NCBI GenBank assembly: GCA_965222605.1
Contig: OZ244960.1
Span: forward strand, 1,568,001-1,632,000
Direction: 5' to 3'
From: Candidatus Latescibacterota bacterium
GTDB taxonomy: Bacteria > Latescibacterota > UBA2968
Length of the DNA: 64,000 nt
A model generated the notes under the pieces. The model searched no databases and was not told the DNA's origin. It was given only the letters and a program-made list of their open reading frames with translations. Positions 45,169 to 56,225 of the stretch are shown in pieces; the first letter of the stretch is position 1; each line of letters begins with the position of its first letter. The position numbers and the translations under genes were made by a program.

Positions 45169-47626
45169 CTATTCATGCCGCAGTGCTTCCACTGGGTTGG
45201 ACAGCGCCACGCGAAGGGCGTGGAAACTCACAGTAAACAACGCAATCGCCAATGCGACCGCGCCACTCAAAACAAATATCCACCACGAAAGATCCGTGCG
45301 ATAGGCAAAGCCATCCAGCCAATTTCGCATCGCAAAATACGCAACCGGCCATGCAAACAGATTGGCAATCAAAACCATAATTGCAAATGTTTTGGAAACC
45401 AAAATCACAATATTTGATACACTCGCGCCCAAAACCTTTCGCACCCCAATCTCTTTCACGCGCTGCTCAATCGCAAATGCCGCAAGACCAAAAAGACCCA
45501 TACACGCGAGCAAAATCGCCATCCCCGACGAAAGCAATGTAAGCGCCTGCGCCCGTTGTTCTGCAGAGTACATGTATTCAAACTGCTGATCCCACATCAT
45601 ATATTCAAAAGGCTGATCTGCGGGAACAAATCGCTTCCATGTCTTTTGAAAAAAAGCGAGCGTCTCTTCCATATTTTCCGCCTTGACGCGCACGCCCAAA
45701 CTGTAAAATTGCTGGTGCCGAAGCGTCAGCGCGACAGGGCCAATTTTTTCTTGCAGCGGACCGTAGTGAAAATCTTGCACAACGCCAATCACCGTCCCCT
45801 TTCGATTCCTCTCCCGATCAACCCACTCAAAAGACTTGCCAATAGGATCATCCCAACCGAGCCGAGCCACCGCTGTTTCATTGATGATAAAGGCTCTCGA
45901 CGTGTCTGTGGGAAATGCAATCGGATCAAATTTTCGCCCTTCTACCAGTTCGATTTGAAACACATCGAGATAATCTTCATCGACCTCCAGAAGGGGCATG
46001 CGCCAGTCTGTACCCTCGTGTCCCTCTGCCCGAATGGTTCGGATAATACCCCCACTCCATCCAACCCGCCAAGCGATACGCCGTTGCTTCGAGCGCGTTA
46101 GGATGGGCGCGAAATGCCTCTTTCACCGTAGCATAACGAGCGGCGAGCTTTTGCCCCGGATCTGATTTTGTTTCCTGGTCGAGAACAAATATGGGCATGA
46201 GGACCATCTGCTCCATATTAAGACCCAGATGCTTATTTTTAATATAGTCGAGTTGCCGATAGATCACCCCCGTACTCGCAAGCAGAATAATTGAAATTGT
46301 AAATTGCGCCACCACCAATCCCCTCCGAATCCACTGTCCCCGAGAACCCGCGCGAAACGTTCCCTTTAGCGTTTCTGTGGGTTCATACGCTGAAAGAAAA
46401 AACGCGGGATAGACACCGGCCAACAGCCCGACGAATACAGCAATACCAATCAAAGCAATTGCGAGCAAAGGATCACTTGACAAATTGAACTCGATCTGTT
46501 TGTAAAAAAAGGCGTTAAACTCGGGAAGCACGAGTTCGACGGCACTAAGCGCGAGAACAAGCGCAATCAATGCCATGAGAACAGACTCGCCTAAAAACTG
46601 ACCCATCAGTTGTGAGCGATACGCCCCCGACACCTTTCGCAAACCCACCTCGTGCGCCCTGCGAGCCGATTGTGCCGTGGTCAAATTTGTAAAATTAATA
46701 CATCCAATCGCAAGCACCAGAACTGCAATAGCACCAAATTGATAGACGCGATCAATATCGCCGTACCAATCCAGATTGTAGTCCTGTCTCGAATAGAGAT
46801 GAATGTGGTCAAGAGGCTGGAGATGATACGCATTTGTGCGCGCGATCTCCGCACCCATATAGCGATCCATAAATTCGGGGAGTTTTGCGGACAGCGCCCT
46901 GGGATCCGCCCCTTCTCGCAGCAGAAGATATGTATTGACAGGACGCCAGCCATCGGTTGGTATCCAATCTTCCCAGAGGTATTTCGCGCCTTCGGACGCG
47001 AATCCGCCTGTTCCGATATAATCGATATAATCGGTTTCACCGTAGCGGCTGAGTGTAGAGTTGCGGGGCACATCTTTTAATACCGCTGTAATGGTGCGCT
47101 CGCCTCCGTGGTGCTTGCTTTCAGAGGTTATGGTCTTGCCAATCGGGTCTTCATCTCCAAACAACCGCTTTGCCCCCGATTCTGTTATAGCAATGGCATT
47201 GGGATTGGGAAATGCTGTTTCGAGATTGCCACGCACAAATGGAAAATCTAAAATTTCAAACAACTCGGGATCGACAATACAGATGCTCAGTGGAAATTTT
47301 TTTTCTCCCAAGCTTACGTCTATGAAATCGATCCATACGCGCACGACTTTCTCCACTTCGGGAAAATCCCGCTCAAGTGCCCCTGCCAGCGCGCCCGACG
47401 TATCGGGCAAATAATTCGATTGCCCTCCGGCTCTGGTCTCCCGGATAACCCGATAGATCCGATCTCCTTTTGCATGCCAACTGTCAAAACTCAACTCGTC
47501 CTGAATATAGAGCACGATCAAAATGCACGTGCTCAGACCAATGGCAAGCCCCAGAATATTAATAGCACTAAAAGTCTTTTGCCGCTTGAGATTCCTCAGC
47601 GCGATAATCAGGTAATTTCTAAACAC
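45169..47626 (-). pseudogene. Duplicated MacB/FtsX ABC permease (~818 aa if intact), split by a frameshift near 46070
   Basis: MFRNYLIIALRNL, INILGLAIG, LQPLDHIHL, CINFTNL, EVGLRKVSGA and RGLVVAQF are in 45977-47626; EIGVRKVLGAS and NPVEALRHE are in 45169-45999. Removing one base near 46071 fuses the two frames. Confidence 0.82.
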
Positions 47627-47726
47627 GATAACCCTCCCCCGTTACAAATAGTACGAATTAAAAACTATTAACCCATTAGACACACCAGAAAAATAATGGG
47701 GTGGAAAGTTTTCCACCCTAAAAGAA

Positions 47727-47742
47727 AGCAATTTCTGTGCCA
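47727..47742 (-). promoter_or_regulatory. Sigma54 (-24/-12) promoter of the permease gene
   Basis: Minus strand reads TGGCACAGAAATTGCT, the consensus sigma54 sequence. Confidence 0.85.
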
Positions 47743-47807
47743 AAATTCTCTTCTCTATGTTTTACAATCAGTTATAAAAATTTGTGCCATGAGCACAGTT
47801 TAATAAG

Positions 47808-47844
47808 TGTCCGATTTTGATACAGTGGTGTCCGAAAATGAACA
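47808..47844. promoter_or_regulatory. Tandem bEBP enhancer sites
   Basis: TGTCCGATTTTGATACA (47808-47824) and TGTCCGAAAATGAACA (47829-47844), 21 bp apart, upstream of the sigma54 promoter. Confidence 0.65.
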
Positions 47845-47914
47845 CCTAACATAAAAACAGGCACATTGTTTTGATTTCAATGTGCCTGCTGTATTATCCG
47901 TAGAACCATTATTT

Positions 47915-48093
47915 ACTGATGTTACGCATATGCAGAATATAATGCGCCTGTCATTCTGAGCCTTTCGACTTCGCTCAAGATAAACTCCGCGCAGCGGAGT
48001 CGAAGAATCTATATACTTCAGAGGTAAAAGATGCTTCGTCAGCCTATCGGCTTCCTCAGCATGACAGAAACGCGAGACCTGCGTAACATCAGT
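47915..48093. mobile_element. MITE (179 bp) containing a REP-like inverted pair
   Basis: Perfect 14-bp TIRs ACTGATGTTACGCA / TGCGTAACATCAGT; 5-bp direct repeat TATTT on both sides; internal TGTCATTCTGAG...GAAGAATCT / AGATGCTTCG...CTCAGCATGACA. Confidence 0.85.
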
Positions 48094-48235
48094 TATTTAT
48101 TACAATGACAAGGGTCGGAGGGCGAGTTGTTGGGGGTAAAGAGAGACGAATTTTCTGGTGAATGGCTACTTACCATGTTGGTGGTTTAAAAAACATACCG
48201 GCAGCGTCATGTAATCGATATAGATACTTAAAAAT

Positions 48236-48268
48236 TTAAGAGTAGATACCTCAGTATCTACTCTTAAG
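48236..48268. terminator. Long hairpin downstream of the leftward PBP1A operon
   Basis: TTAAGAGTAGATAC-CTCA-GTATCTACTCTTAA perfect stem. Confidence 0.5.
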
Positions 48269-48373
48269 CCCTGCTCCCGAAGCAACAGGGGGGATTAAGT
48301 GTAATGTATAAAATACAGACAAGAATCAAGTGCTTTATTGCAGGTTGCTCATAGAATGTAAACCACACAACAT

Positions 48374-50161
48374 TCAAATCACCAACCTCTTCATCTCGTG
48401 CTTTTTAGCGAAATACACATTATTTCCCATCACAGGACCGGGGATTTGGAAGGCGTCTTTTTCTTTGTATAGGGAAGTAACAGCGCGGCGGGCTGGGTCA
48501 AATTCATAAAAAGAAGCAGAAGTAAAACCGTATATCTTCCCATCTGGTCCCGTCTGAAGCCCCAGATCCAGGGGGCGGCCATCCGGCAGGGGAATCGCAT
48601 AAAGGAACGCCCGCGAAACAGGATCAAAAGCAAACAAAACAGATCCCTCATCGCCCAGAGCCGTACCGTACAACAAACCATCTTCCCCGACAACAAGCGC
48701 ATTAATCGCTGAAATCCGCCTATCGAGCGTACCCTCCCACGCCTTCTCCTCCCGCTCATAATCCCACAAAAACAACCCCGCCTGTGAAACCCGCGGACGG
48801 GTACCGGACCCCCCGTTAATCGTCGTCCCCACCGCAAGCAAATCCTGACGAGATAACCACGCCAGCGACCAGCAACTCGCCTCCCCGGCAATATCGCGAT
48901 AGGTACCAAACGCCTCCGTACCCGGATCAAACCATGACAACGGACCACCCCACAAACCGTAATCCGGAACAGAAGCTATCCACACCCGACCCATCGGACC
49001 AGTCACCATCGCACGAGGGCGATAAGACACCTCATCTATACGCCCTAAATCACGCGGATTGCTATCAGCCTCCATCCCAAATTGATATGGAAGGGAAGGA
49101 TCGTACACCGACAGCCTGGCACCGGGATAGGAACAAATATAGAGCTTACCATCCAAATTCCCCATCGAATACGCCTCTCCAGTCGCCGTAGAACAAACCC
49201 CCAGATCCGTCATCGCACCCGTAGAAGGCACATACCGAAACAAATGCAACGGCAAAATACTCGACCCGTATATATTGTCATCCGGACCGCGATGCACCAA
49301 AAACAACTCGCTCCCCGCCGATTTGTATGTAATGGGCAACCGCCTCGTCGCACCCGTCTCGGGCTGTGTGATCTCAACCACGCGGTACATCTGCGTATCC
49401 CGATCCGCAAAATCAACAATCGCGCCATCGGACATCGTCGGCAGCGGCGCCGGTTCGGGAAGCGCCGCCACCCGAACCGCCTCAAAACCCGCCAAACGAA
49501 AATTGCCCTCAGACGACTGAATATAAAGCGACCCATCAGACGCCCGCATCAACGACGACGCCCCACCATCCTCCTTCGATACAACCGGTCCCACCGCCTG
49601 ATGAACACCCGTCCTCGGATCTAACACCACCACATGGGGCCGCGTCATCTTAATATCGCATGCAATCGTCCCATCCGGCGCACACATCGGATAACAATAC
49701 ATATCCGTCTCATCCATCCGCCCATACCGCACAAACACACCAGTCTTCGGATCATAACTCGTCAGCCCCGCCGAACCATAACACCCGATCCACAGCACCC
49801 CATGAGCATCCTCATCAATACGACACGGAAACGTATCATACGGCAAATTAATCGCGCCCAAATTATCCAATCGCCCCGCCTTTGGATCATAGCAAAACAA
49901 ATAACCGGCGTACGCCGCCCCAATATAAATCACACCACTGCGACTCAGAAATGTAGCCGTCGGATAATGCGCCGAAGGCACCGTCGCCGTCACCTGATCT
50001 GTCTCACCCGTAACCGGATCGACCTTCACCACAGTAAAACCATCTGCCTGCTGGCCCATCACAGCCACCAGACAATCGCGATCCTCTGCATCCAGCGCCG
50101 GAAAAATACGCACCCAATTGACACTGCGAACCGGCACGCCAAGAGTATGGACAGAAGACAC
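48374..50161 (-). CDS. Beta-propeller (PQQ/WD40/NHL-like) hypothetical protein
   Basis: Repeating blades YDPKAG, YDPKTG, LDPRTG, GPDDNIYG, FDPGTE and GPDGKIYG. Start moved to GTG 50161 because the ORF-track start overlaps PBP1A. Confidence 0.7.
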   Translation of the reverse strand: MSSVHTLGVPVRSVNWVRIFPALDAEDRDCLVAVMGQQADGFTVVKVDPVTGETDQVTATVPSAHYPTATFLSRSGVIYIGAAYAGYLFCYDPKAGRLDNLGAINLPYDTFPCRIDEDAHGVLWIGCYGSAGLTSYDPKTGVFVRYGRMDETDMYCYPMCAPDGTIACDIKMTRPHVVVLDPRTGVHQAVGPVVSKEDGGASSLMRASDGSLYIQSSEGNFRLAGFEAVRVAALPEPAPLPTMSDGAIVDFADRDTQMYRVVEITQPETGATRRLPITYKSAGSELFLVHRGPDDNIYGSSILPLHLFRYVPSTGAMTDLGVCSTATGEAYSMGNLDGKLYICSYPGARLSVYDPSLPYQFGMEADSNPRDLGRIDEVSYRPRAMVTGPMGRVWIASVPDYGLWGGPLSWFDPGTEAFGTYRDIAGEASCWSLAWLSRQDLLAVGTTINGGSGTRPRVSQAGLFLWDYEREEKAWEGTLDRRISAINALVVGEDGLLYGTALGDEGSVLFAFDPVSRAFLYAIPLPDGRPLDLGLQTGPDGKIYGFTSASFYEFDPARRAVTSLYKEKDAFQIPGPVMGNNVYFAKKHEMKRLVI

Positions 50162-50216
50162 TACACACCCCCAAAAAAATATGGGATGACCCGTTTTCTG
50201 GATCATCCCACAGAAA

Positions 50217-52430
50217 TCAAAACTGATATTCCCGCTTAGTCCTGGGCTTATTGGGTTGATTGGGCGCAGTCTGCGTATTCGAAGTATGCGTGGGACACGG
50301 GCGTTTGGGTTCTGTACCCGGCTTAAACACCTCCATATAGCGCTTAGAACAATAAATAGACGCCACCTCGTAAGTATCCCCACAAACCTCCACCTTTGGG
50401 ATATCTTTCGGCAACACAAAATCTTCAACCGGCAGCCTCAGTGCGGCATGGGCACGCTGCATAAACTCCGCCCAAATCGGCAACGCCACAGCCGCGCCCG
50501 ACATGCGTCTGCCCATCGACACCTTCGAATCAAACCCCACCCAAACCCCACACACAATCTGCGGCGTAAACCCGATAAACCACGCATCGGCATACTCCTG
50601 CGTCGTACCGGTCTTCCCCGCTGCTGGCCGACGAAAACCAAAAGCCGTGCGTGCTCTCCGCCCCGTACCGGACAAAACCGCGTAATTTTCACCCACCCGC
50701 ATATCCAGAATCGACTGCATCAGATTCACTGTCACAGCCGCAGTCTCTTCACTCAACACAACGCGTTCGCGCCCCTGCACATTCTCCTCGAGCACATTCC
50801 CATTCTTATCTTTAATCTTCAAAATCGACATCGGCGTCACGCGAATACCCTTATTCGCCAGCGTCCCATAAGCCGACACCAATTCCAACAACTTGACCTC
50901 ACTCGTCCCCATCCCCAAAGACAAAACCGGTTGGATCTGCGAATCAATACCTATCTTCACAGCGTATTCCACCACCGTCTTCGGTCCCACCGCTTGCAAC
51001 ACCTTAGTCGTCACCACATTGCGAGAACCGGCAAGCCCCTCGCGCATCGTCATCCACCCCAGAAATTTTCGGTCGTAATTCTCCGGCTGCCAATACGTCC
51101 CGTCGAACATCTTAATCGACACAGCCGTATCGGGCAACCGCCAGGTGGCCGTATAGCCCTTATCAACCGCAGCCGTATAAATAAAAGGCTTAAAAGAAGA
51201 CCCTGGCTGACGCAAAGCCTGCGTTGCGCGATTGAACTTACTCTCTTCAAAATTGCGCCCACCCACCATCGCCAAAATATGTCCCGTATGCGGATCGAGC
51301 GCGACCAATGCCCCCTGCAACACCAGATTGGCCAGCGTATCCTGCCACGTCTTAATCTTCGCAAAAAATGCCGCACTCGGGGGATCCCGCTTCCAATTGG
51401 CCTCCACGCGATCTTTCAGCCGCTCCATCAAATTGCTCAACACCACATCTTCTGCAATCTCCTGTAACCGACTATCCAGCGTCGTAGTTACAGTCGCACC
51501 ATCGTAAAGCACACTCAGACCATAGGTATGTTCCAAATACTTGCGAATATCCTCTGTAAAATAGGGCGCTTCTCCCGCCTCCTCGCGATTCTCCTTCAAA
51601 ACAATCGGACGCTGAGCACTCGAATCGTATTCCGCCGCCGCAATCTTACCCGATGCCCGCAAATTGTACAACACCACATTATTGCGCCTCTCCAGCGCGC
51701 GGTCGGGGTGATAAATCGGCGAATAGGGCGTCGGACCCTTCAAAAGTCCAACCAACAATGCACCCTCATCCAGTGTCAAATTTTCGACATTCTTCCCGAA
51801 AAAACGACGCGCAGCAGTCTGAATACCGTACGCACTATTGCCAAAATACATCTGATTGAAATACATCGTAATAATTTCGCGCTTGGTATAAGTGCGCTCC
51901 AAAAGCACGGCAGTCATCTGCTCCTGAATTTTGCGCTTCCACGTTGGATCCAGCGTCAAAAAAATATTGCGCGCCAGTTGTTGCGTCAGCGTACTCGCAC
52001 CGTGTCCTTTTAAAGTACCCGACGTATAAACATTGCGGAACACCACGCGGATAATATCGGGAACGCTCACACCCCAGTGCCCCCAAAAACGCTGATCTTC
52101 TGTCACGACCAGAGCGTCAATCACCGTATCTGGCAACTGCTCAAACGCAATGGGGTCGCGCCTCTGCACCCAGAACTTCTTCAACTCCACCCCATCTCGC
52201 GAAAAAATATTAGTCGTCTGCGCGGGATCCACATCCTCCAGCTTATCAAAAGACGGCAAGCCATCTTTGTACCCATAAATCACCGCAACAGCAATGGTTA
52301 AATACCCCACCGCACAAATCGCACAATAGATCGCCATACGGGAAAGATGGGGCCTTATCCCATAGATATACGGCTTGAGCTGATCGATATATGGTTTTAT
52401 GCGATCAATATATGGTTTTATCCTATCCAT
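50217..52430 (-). CDS. mrcA: Penicillin-binding protein 1A (transglycosylase/transpeptidase)
   Basis: Transglycosylase motifs EDQRFWGHWG, GASTLTQQLARN and RKIQE; transpeptidase motifs QPGSSFKP, SRN and GKTGTT. Confidence 0.93.
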   Translation of the reverse strand: MDRIKPYIDRIKPYIDQLKPYIYGIRPHLSRMAIYCAICAVGYLTIAVAVIYGYKDGLPSFDKLEDVDPAQTTNIFSRDGVELKKFWVQRRDPIAFEQLPDTVIDALVVTEDQRFWGHWGVSVPDIIRVVFRNVYTSGTLKGHGASTLTQQLARNIFLTLDPTWKRKIQEQMTAVLLERTYTKREIITMYFNQMYFGNSAYGIQTAARRFFGKNVENLTLDEGALLVGLLKGPTPYSPIYHPDRALERRNNVVLYNLRASGKIAAAEYDSSAQRPIVLKENREEAGEAPYFTEDIRKYLEHTYGLSVLYDGATVTTTLDSRLQEIAEDVVLSNLMERLKDRVEANWKRDPPSAAFFAKIKTWQDTLANLVLQGALVALDPHTGHILAMVGGRNFEESKFNRATQALRQPGSSFKPFIYTAAVDKGYTATWRLPDTAVSIKMFDGTYWQPENYDRKFLGWMTMREGLAGSRNVVTTKVLQAVGPKTVVEYAVKIGIDSQIQPVLSLGMGTSEVKLLELVSAYGTLANKGIRVTPMSILKIKDKNGNVLEENVQGRERVVLSEETAAVTVNLMQSILDMRVGENYAVLSGTGRRARTAFGFRRPAAGKTGTTQEYADAWFIGFTPQIVCGVWVGFDSKVSMGRRMSGAAVALPIWAEFMQRAHAALRLPVEDFVLPKDIPKVEVCGDTYEVASIYCSKRYMEVFKPGTEPKRPCPTHTSNTQTAPNQPNKPRTKREYQF

Positions 52431-52436
52431 CCTGAT

Positions 52437-54044
52437 CTAATCCGGGTAAAGCCACGGCACGCGACTGATGAGATAATCGCGTTGTTCCTGCATCATCACC
52501 TCAATCACAGTAGGACCTTCCAAACCCAGCGTATCGGCAAAAACCGCTTCAAAACGATCGGGATCATCCACGCGGATACCCCGCGCACCCAGAGACCGCG
52601 CGAGATCCGCAAGACGAGGCGTCTTCATATCCGTATCGATCACCCGCCCATCAAAAGCCTTGGCCTGAGAGCCGCGAATCGCAGAAAGACTGCCATCATT
52701 GGACACAACCGAAACCGTCCCAACACCGTATTCAGCCGCAGTAGCCAGTTCACTCGCCGTCATCTGAAACCCGCCATCGCCACAAAATGCGACAACCTGC
52801 TGATCTGGACACGCGAGCTTCGCACCAATAGCAGCGGGAACCGCAAAACCCAGCGTAACCGAATGACTGGGATAGAGAAACGTGCGCGGAATAGTAATCG
52901 GATACTCGTCAAACGCGCGATACCCAATAGACGTAACATCCACCACAATAATCGTATCTTCGGGAAGCGAATTGCGCGTAACGCCCATAATCGGCACCGG
53001 CTCGCGATTAGACGCGGCTTCGGCCCGCGTGCGATCAATAAAATCGCCCCAATCAGCCGTATAACCAGCCGCTACCTCGGCGAGTTGGGGAATCGATTGC
53101 GCCAGATCGCCCGAAGCACCTGCCTCAATCGGATACTCGCGCCCAAGCTCCCGCGGATCGGGATCGAGCTGAACCTGGCGATCCGGCAAAGGCAGCGACC
53201 AACCCCGCGTATCAATCTGCGTAAAGCGACAGCCAATCGCCAAAAGCAAATCAGCACTTCCGAGAATCGTCTTACCCGCCTGCGCCGAACAATGCCCCAC
53301 AGTCAGGGGATGACCATCTGGTACAACTCCCTTTCCCAAACGGGAATAAACAACGGGAATCTTGAGACCCTCTGCGAGAGAACGGAGCGCATCGGTCGCA
53401 TTGGCGTGAATAACCGCGCTACCCACAAGAATAGCCGGGCGCACAGCCGTGCGAAGCACCGCGGCCACGCGGTCAATATCCGCGCTATCGGGACACAGGC
53501 GATCCCCCTCAACCACAGGTGGAAGATCCACCATACCCTCCTCCGCAGCCACATCAGTCGGCAACTCAATAACCGCAGGACCGGGACGCGGTGCGCGCAA
53601 TGCTTTGAACGCACCGACCACAGCATCGGGAATTTCATCAATAGATTTGGGACGCGCAAAAAAGTGCGTAATCGACTTAAAAAAAGTCTCCTGATCCAAA
53701 CCGTGAAAACACTTTGCGCGATCCCGCCCGTCAAAAGCAACCTCTGTCCCCCCGGTAATCAACAGCACGGGAACGCAATCTGTATGGGCATCCACCAGCC
53801 CCGTAGAGGCATTTGTCGAACCGGGACCCGGAACAGTTAGCGCGACCCCAACGCGCCCAGACGCACGCGCATACCCGTTCGCAATCAGAGTCGCCCCCTG
53901 TTCGTGGCGGATAAGCAGATGGCGAATGCCACCGGCGCGCAGCACCGCATCGTACAGATGAATATTCTGATTGCCGGGCATCCCCGTAAGCGTATCAACA
54001 CCCTGCGCTTTCAGACTTTGGATAAGTATATCAGCACCGGTCAT
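52437..54044 (-). CDS. Thiamine pyrophosphate-binding enzyme (acetolactate synthase-like)
   Basis: Motifs GMPG, RHEQGA, GPGSTN and GDGGFQMT...ELAT...SNDG. Confidence 0.88.
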   Translation of the reverse strand: MTGADILIQSLKAQGVDTLTGMPGNQNIHLYDAVLRAGGIRHLLIRHEQGATLIANGYARASGRVGVALTVPGPGSTNASTGLVDAHTDCVPVLLITGGTEVAFDGRDRAKCFHGLDQETFFKSITHFFARPKSIDEIPDAVVGAFKALRAPRPGPAVIELPTDVAAEEGMVDLPPVVEGDRLCPDSADIDRVAAVLRTAVRPAILVGSAVIHANATDALRSLAEGLKIPVVYSRLGKGVVPDGHPLTVGHCSAQAGKTILGSADLLLAIGCRFTQIDTRGWSLPLPDRQVQLDPDPRELGREYPIEAGASGDLAQSIPQLAEVAAGYTADWGDFIDRTRAEAASNREPVPIMGVTRNSLPEDTIIVVDVTSIGYRAFDEYPITIPRTFLYPSHSVTLGFAVPAAIGAKLACPDQQVVAFCGDGGFQMTASELATAAEYGVGTVSVVSNDGSLSAIRGSQAKAFDGRVIDTDMKTPRLADLARSLGARGIRVDDPDRFEAVFADTLGLEGPTVIEVMMQEQRDYLISRVPWLYPD

Positions 54045-54081
54045 AAAAAAGTTCCTTCCGTAATAAAACAGACAAGACATC

Positions 54082-55167
54082 TTAACCCACAAAAAGATCG
54101 AAATATTCTGCAGCAGTCTTATCCCATGTAAACTCAGAACGCACATAATCGCGGGCTTCGCGTTCTATTTCCTCGCGCTCTGTTGCGGGCAACTCAAAAA
54201 ATGCGTGAACTTGATCGACAAACGCCTGGTAATCATTGGGCGGGATCAAATAACCGCCCTTGCTCACACTCTCCGTAAGCGCATCCACAGCAAAAGCAAC
54301 AACGGGCGTACCATCGTACATACATTCGAGATGGGTAATGCCAAACCCCTCCACATCGTTGGGATAGGGCACATTGGGCATAATGAAAAGATCGGCGTCT
54401 CCTCTGATAAAACCCAACTCTCCATCGCTGAGATAGAGCAACAACACCCGGTCGTAAAGACCGTTTTCTTCCCAAATCTCGCGAATGCGCTCGGCATCTG
54501 GCCCAGAACCGCTAACAATCAGTTTAATATCTCGATCGAGCAAAGGCACGCCGCATTCCAAAAATTTGGCCACGCCTTTTCGGGGCACTTGCCTGCCAAA
54601 ATTCAGAACAATTTTATCCCGCCCAAATTGAATACCGTATTCGGCTTCAAATCGCGCTTTGAGTACCTCGCGCTGCGCTTTGGGAATACTGGGCGGATCA
54701 ATACCGAGATAAATAATTTCAATTTTTTCAGCGGGCACACCAGCCTGAATAGTAATTTCCCTGGTAATTTGACTGATAACAGACACCTTATCACAAAACG
54801 AAACACCAAAGCGCATCATGCGGCTAAATATCGGATTGGAATACGTCATCTCCAAACCGTAAATAGTCACCACAAAACGCATGCGCGTAAACAGCCTCAA
54901 AAATGGCGCAATAGAACAAATCACACCATCGCTAAAATAAATCGCATCCACCCGCCTGAAAAGAACAGAAAAAAAAGACACGAGAAACGCATAAGGCACG
55001 AACCAGATAAGATGCAAAAGCGAGTCTCTACCCAGCGCGACCAATTTTACCGAGCACATCTCAATCAAGCGATGATAGAGATTATAACAATGCGTCTGAA
55101 TACCGCCCACACTGGGCGGGTAGCGACGCGCGAGAAAAAGGATGCGGCTGTTGTGTGAAGAAGACAT
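54082..55167 (-). CDS. Glycosyltransferase family 4 (GT-B)
   Basis: Motifs YPPSVGGIQ, GRQVPRKG and EGFGITHLE...GTPVV. Confidence 0.88.
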   Translation of the reverse strand: MSSSHNSRILFLARRYPPSVGGIQTHCYNLYHRLIEMCSVKLVALGRDSLLHLIWFVPYAFLVSFFSVLFRRVDAIYFSDGVICSIAPFLRLFTRMRFVVTIYGLEMTYSNPIFSRMMRFGVSFCDKVSVISQITREITIQAGVPAEKIEIIYLGIDPPSIPKAQREVLKARFEAEYGIQFGRDKIVLNFGRQVPRKGVAKFLECGVPLLDRDIKLIVSGSGPDAERIREIWEENGLYDRVLLLYLSDGELGFIRGDADLFIMPNVPYPNDVEGFGITHLECMYDGTPVVAFAVDALTESVSKGGYLIPPNDYQAFVDQVHAFFELPATEREEIEREARDYVRSEFTWDKTAAEYFDLFVG

Positions 55168-55169
55168 AG

Positions 55170-56225
55170 CTATACAAGATCCGCCTGCTTACTGCGCTGG
55201 GCGAGTTCTCGTTCCGCTCGCTCGCGATCTGCTGCGTTTTCAAGCGGAATAACAGTCGCGCCGGGACAGGGTTTGGGATACAAAATGCGGCTGGCGCCTG
55301 CCTGTTTCATAGCCTCGACAACGGGTTTTGTATCGCATGCAAGCGCAATAATCGTGCCGCCACCCCCTGCGCCAGCGAGCTTCGCGCCAAGTGCCCCGCC
55401 GTCCAATGCAGCCTGAATCAGCCGCTCATTATCCGGTCCCGATCCGCCCAGATCGCGCTGAATCTCGTGGTTCTCAACCATAAGCGCGCCCAAATGCGCC
55501 CAATCTTTGGCGAGAATCGCGCGTTTGCCCATGCGCGCCAGATGGGCAATCCGCAAATAACAACGCCTGACCTCTCTATCGCCCTCTAACCATCGCTCTC
55601 GAATCGGCAGATGAACGGCACCCGACGAGCGCTGGACACCCGTATGCCCCAACACAAAGGGATAATCCCCGACGTATTCGTGGAGCGGTTCAACAGTAGC
55701 ATAAGGTTCATCGCCAAAAGCGCGATAAAATTGCTTGCCATTGAAATCCATATAATTCAAGCCGCCAAACATGCACATATACGCATCTTGATACCCGCAT
55801 AAAGCCATATAGTTCAATTCAATATGCCGCGCCATCTCAGCGCAAAAAAAAGGATGCTCATCGCGTCCCAGAAATGCAAAAATCGCGTTGAGAATAGACA
55901 CGCTCATAGCAGATGAACTGGAAAGCCCGGCGGAAAAAGGCACATTGCACGCCCAGCGCAGAGAAAACTTCGCACTGCCGAGATCCAGAAAATGGACGAT
56001 AGCCTTAGCCACATCGAAATAGCCGCCATCCGGATACAGATCTTCGGGACGATGCACTTCAAAGCACTGACCGGCAACTTCAAAACTGAGCACATCAGAC
56101 GGCTCAATCAGAACCGCGGCGCGTTCTCGTGTCGAACACGAAATAACGCTGCCGCCGTACATATCGGTGGGATTTCCAATAATGCCACAGCGCCCTGGGG
56201 CAGTGGAAAAAAACGCATGGGTCAT
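55170..56225 (-). CDS. GHMP sugar kinase (glucuronokinase/HddA-like)
   Basis: Motifs APGRCGIIGNPTD, PFSAGLSSS, CGYQD and GAKLAGAGGGG. Confidence 0.85.
   Translation of the reverse strand: MTHAFFSTAPGRCGIIGNPTDMYGGSVISCSTRERAAVLIEPSDVLSFEVAGQCFEVHRPEDLYPDGGYFDVAKAIVHFLDLGSAKFSLRWACNVPFSAGLSSSSAMSVSILNAIFAFLGRDEHPFFCAEMARHIELNYMALCGYQDAYMCMFGGLNYMDFNGKQFYRAFGDEPYATVEPLHEYVGDYPFVLGHTGVQRSSGAVHLPIRERWLEGDREVRRCYLRIAHLARMGKRAILAKDWAHLGALMVENHEIQRDLGGSGPDNERLIQAALDGGALGAKLAGAGGGGTIIALACDTKPVVEAMKQAGASRILYPKPCPGATVIPLENAADRERAERELAQRSKQADLV

Noticed and set aside
50256-53840. Long + strand ORFs (403 aa and 497 aa) opposite PBP1A and the TPP enzyme
   Set aside because: They are antisense shadows caused by codon and strand bias, Arg/His/Pro-rich with no motifs. 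The same applies to 54205-55158, 24731-25420, 25812-26459 and 56231-56989.
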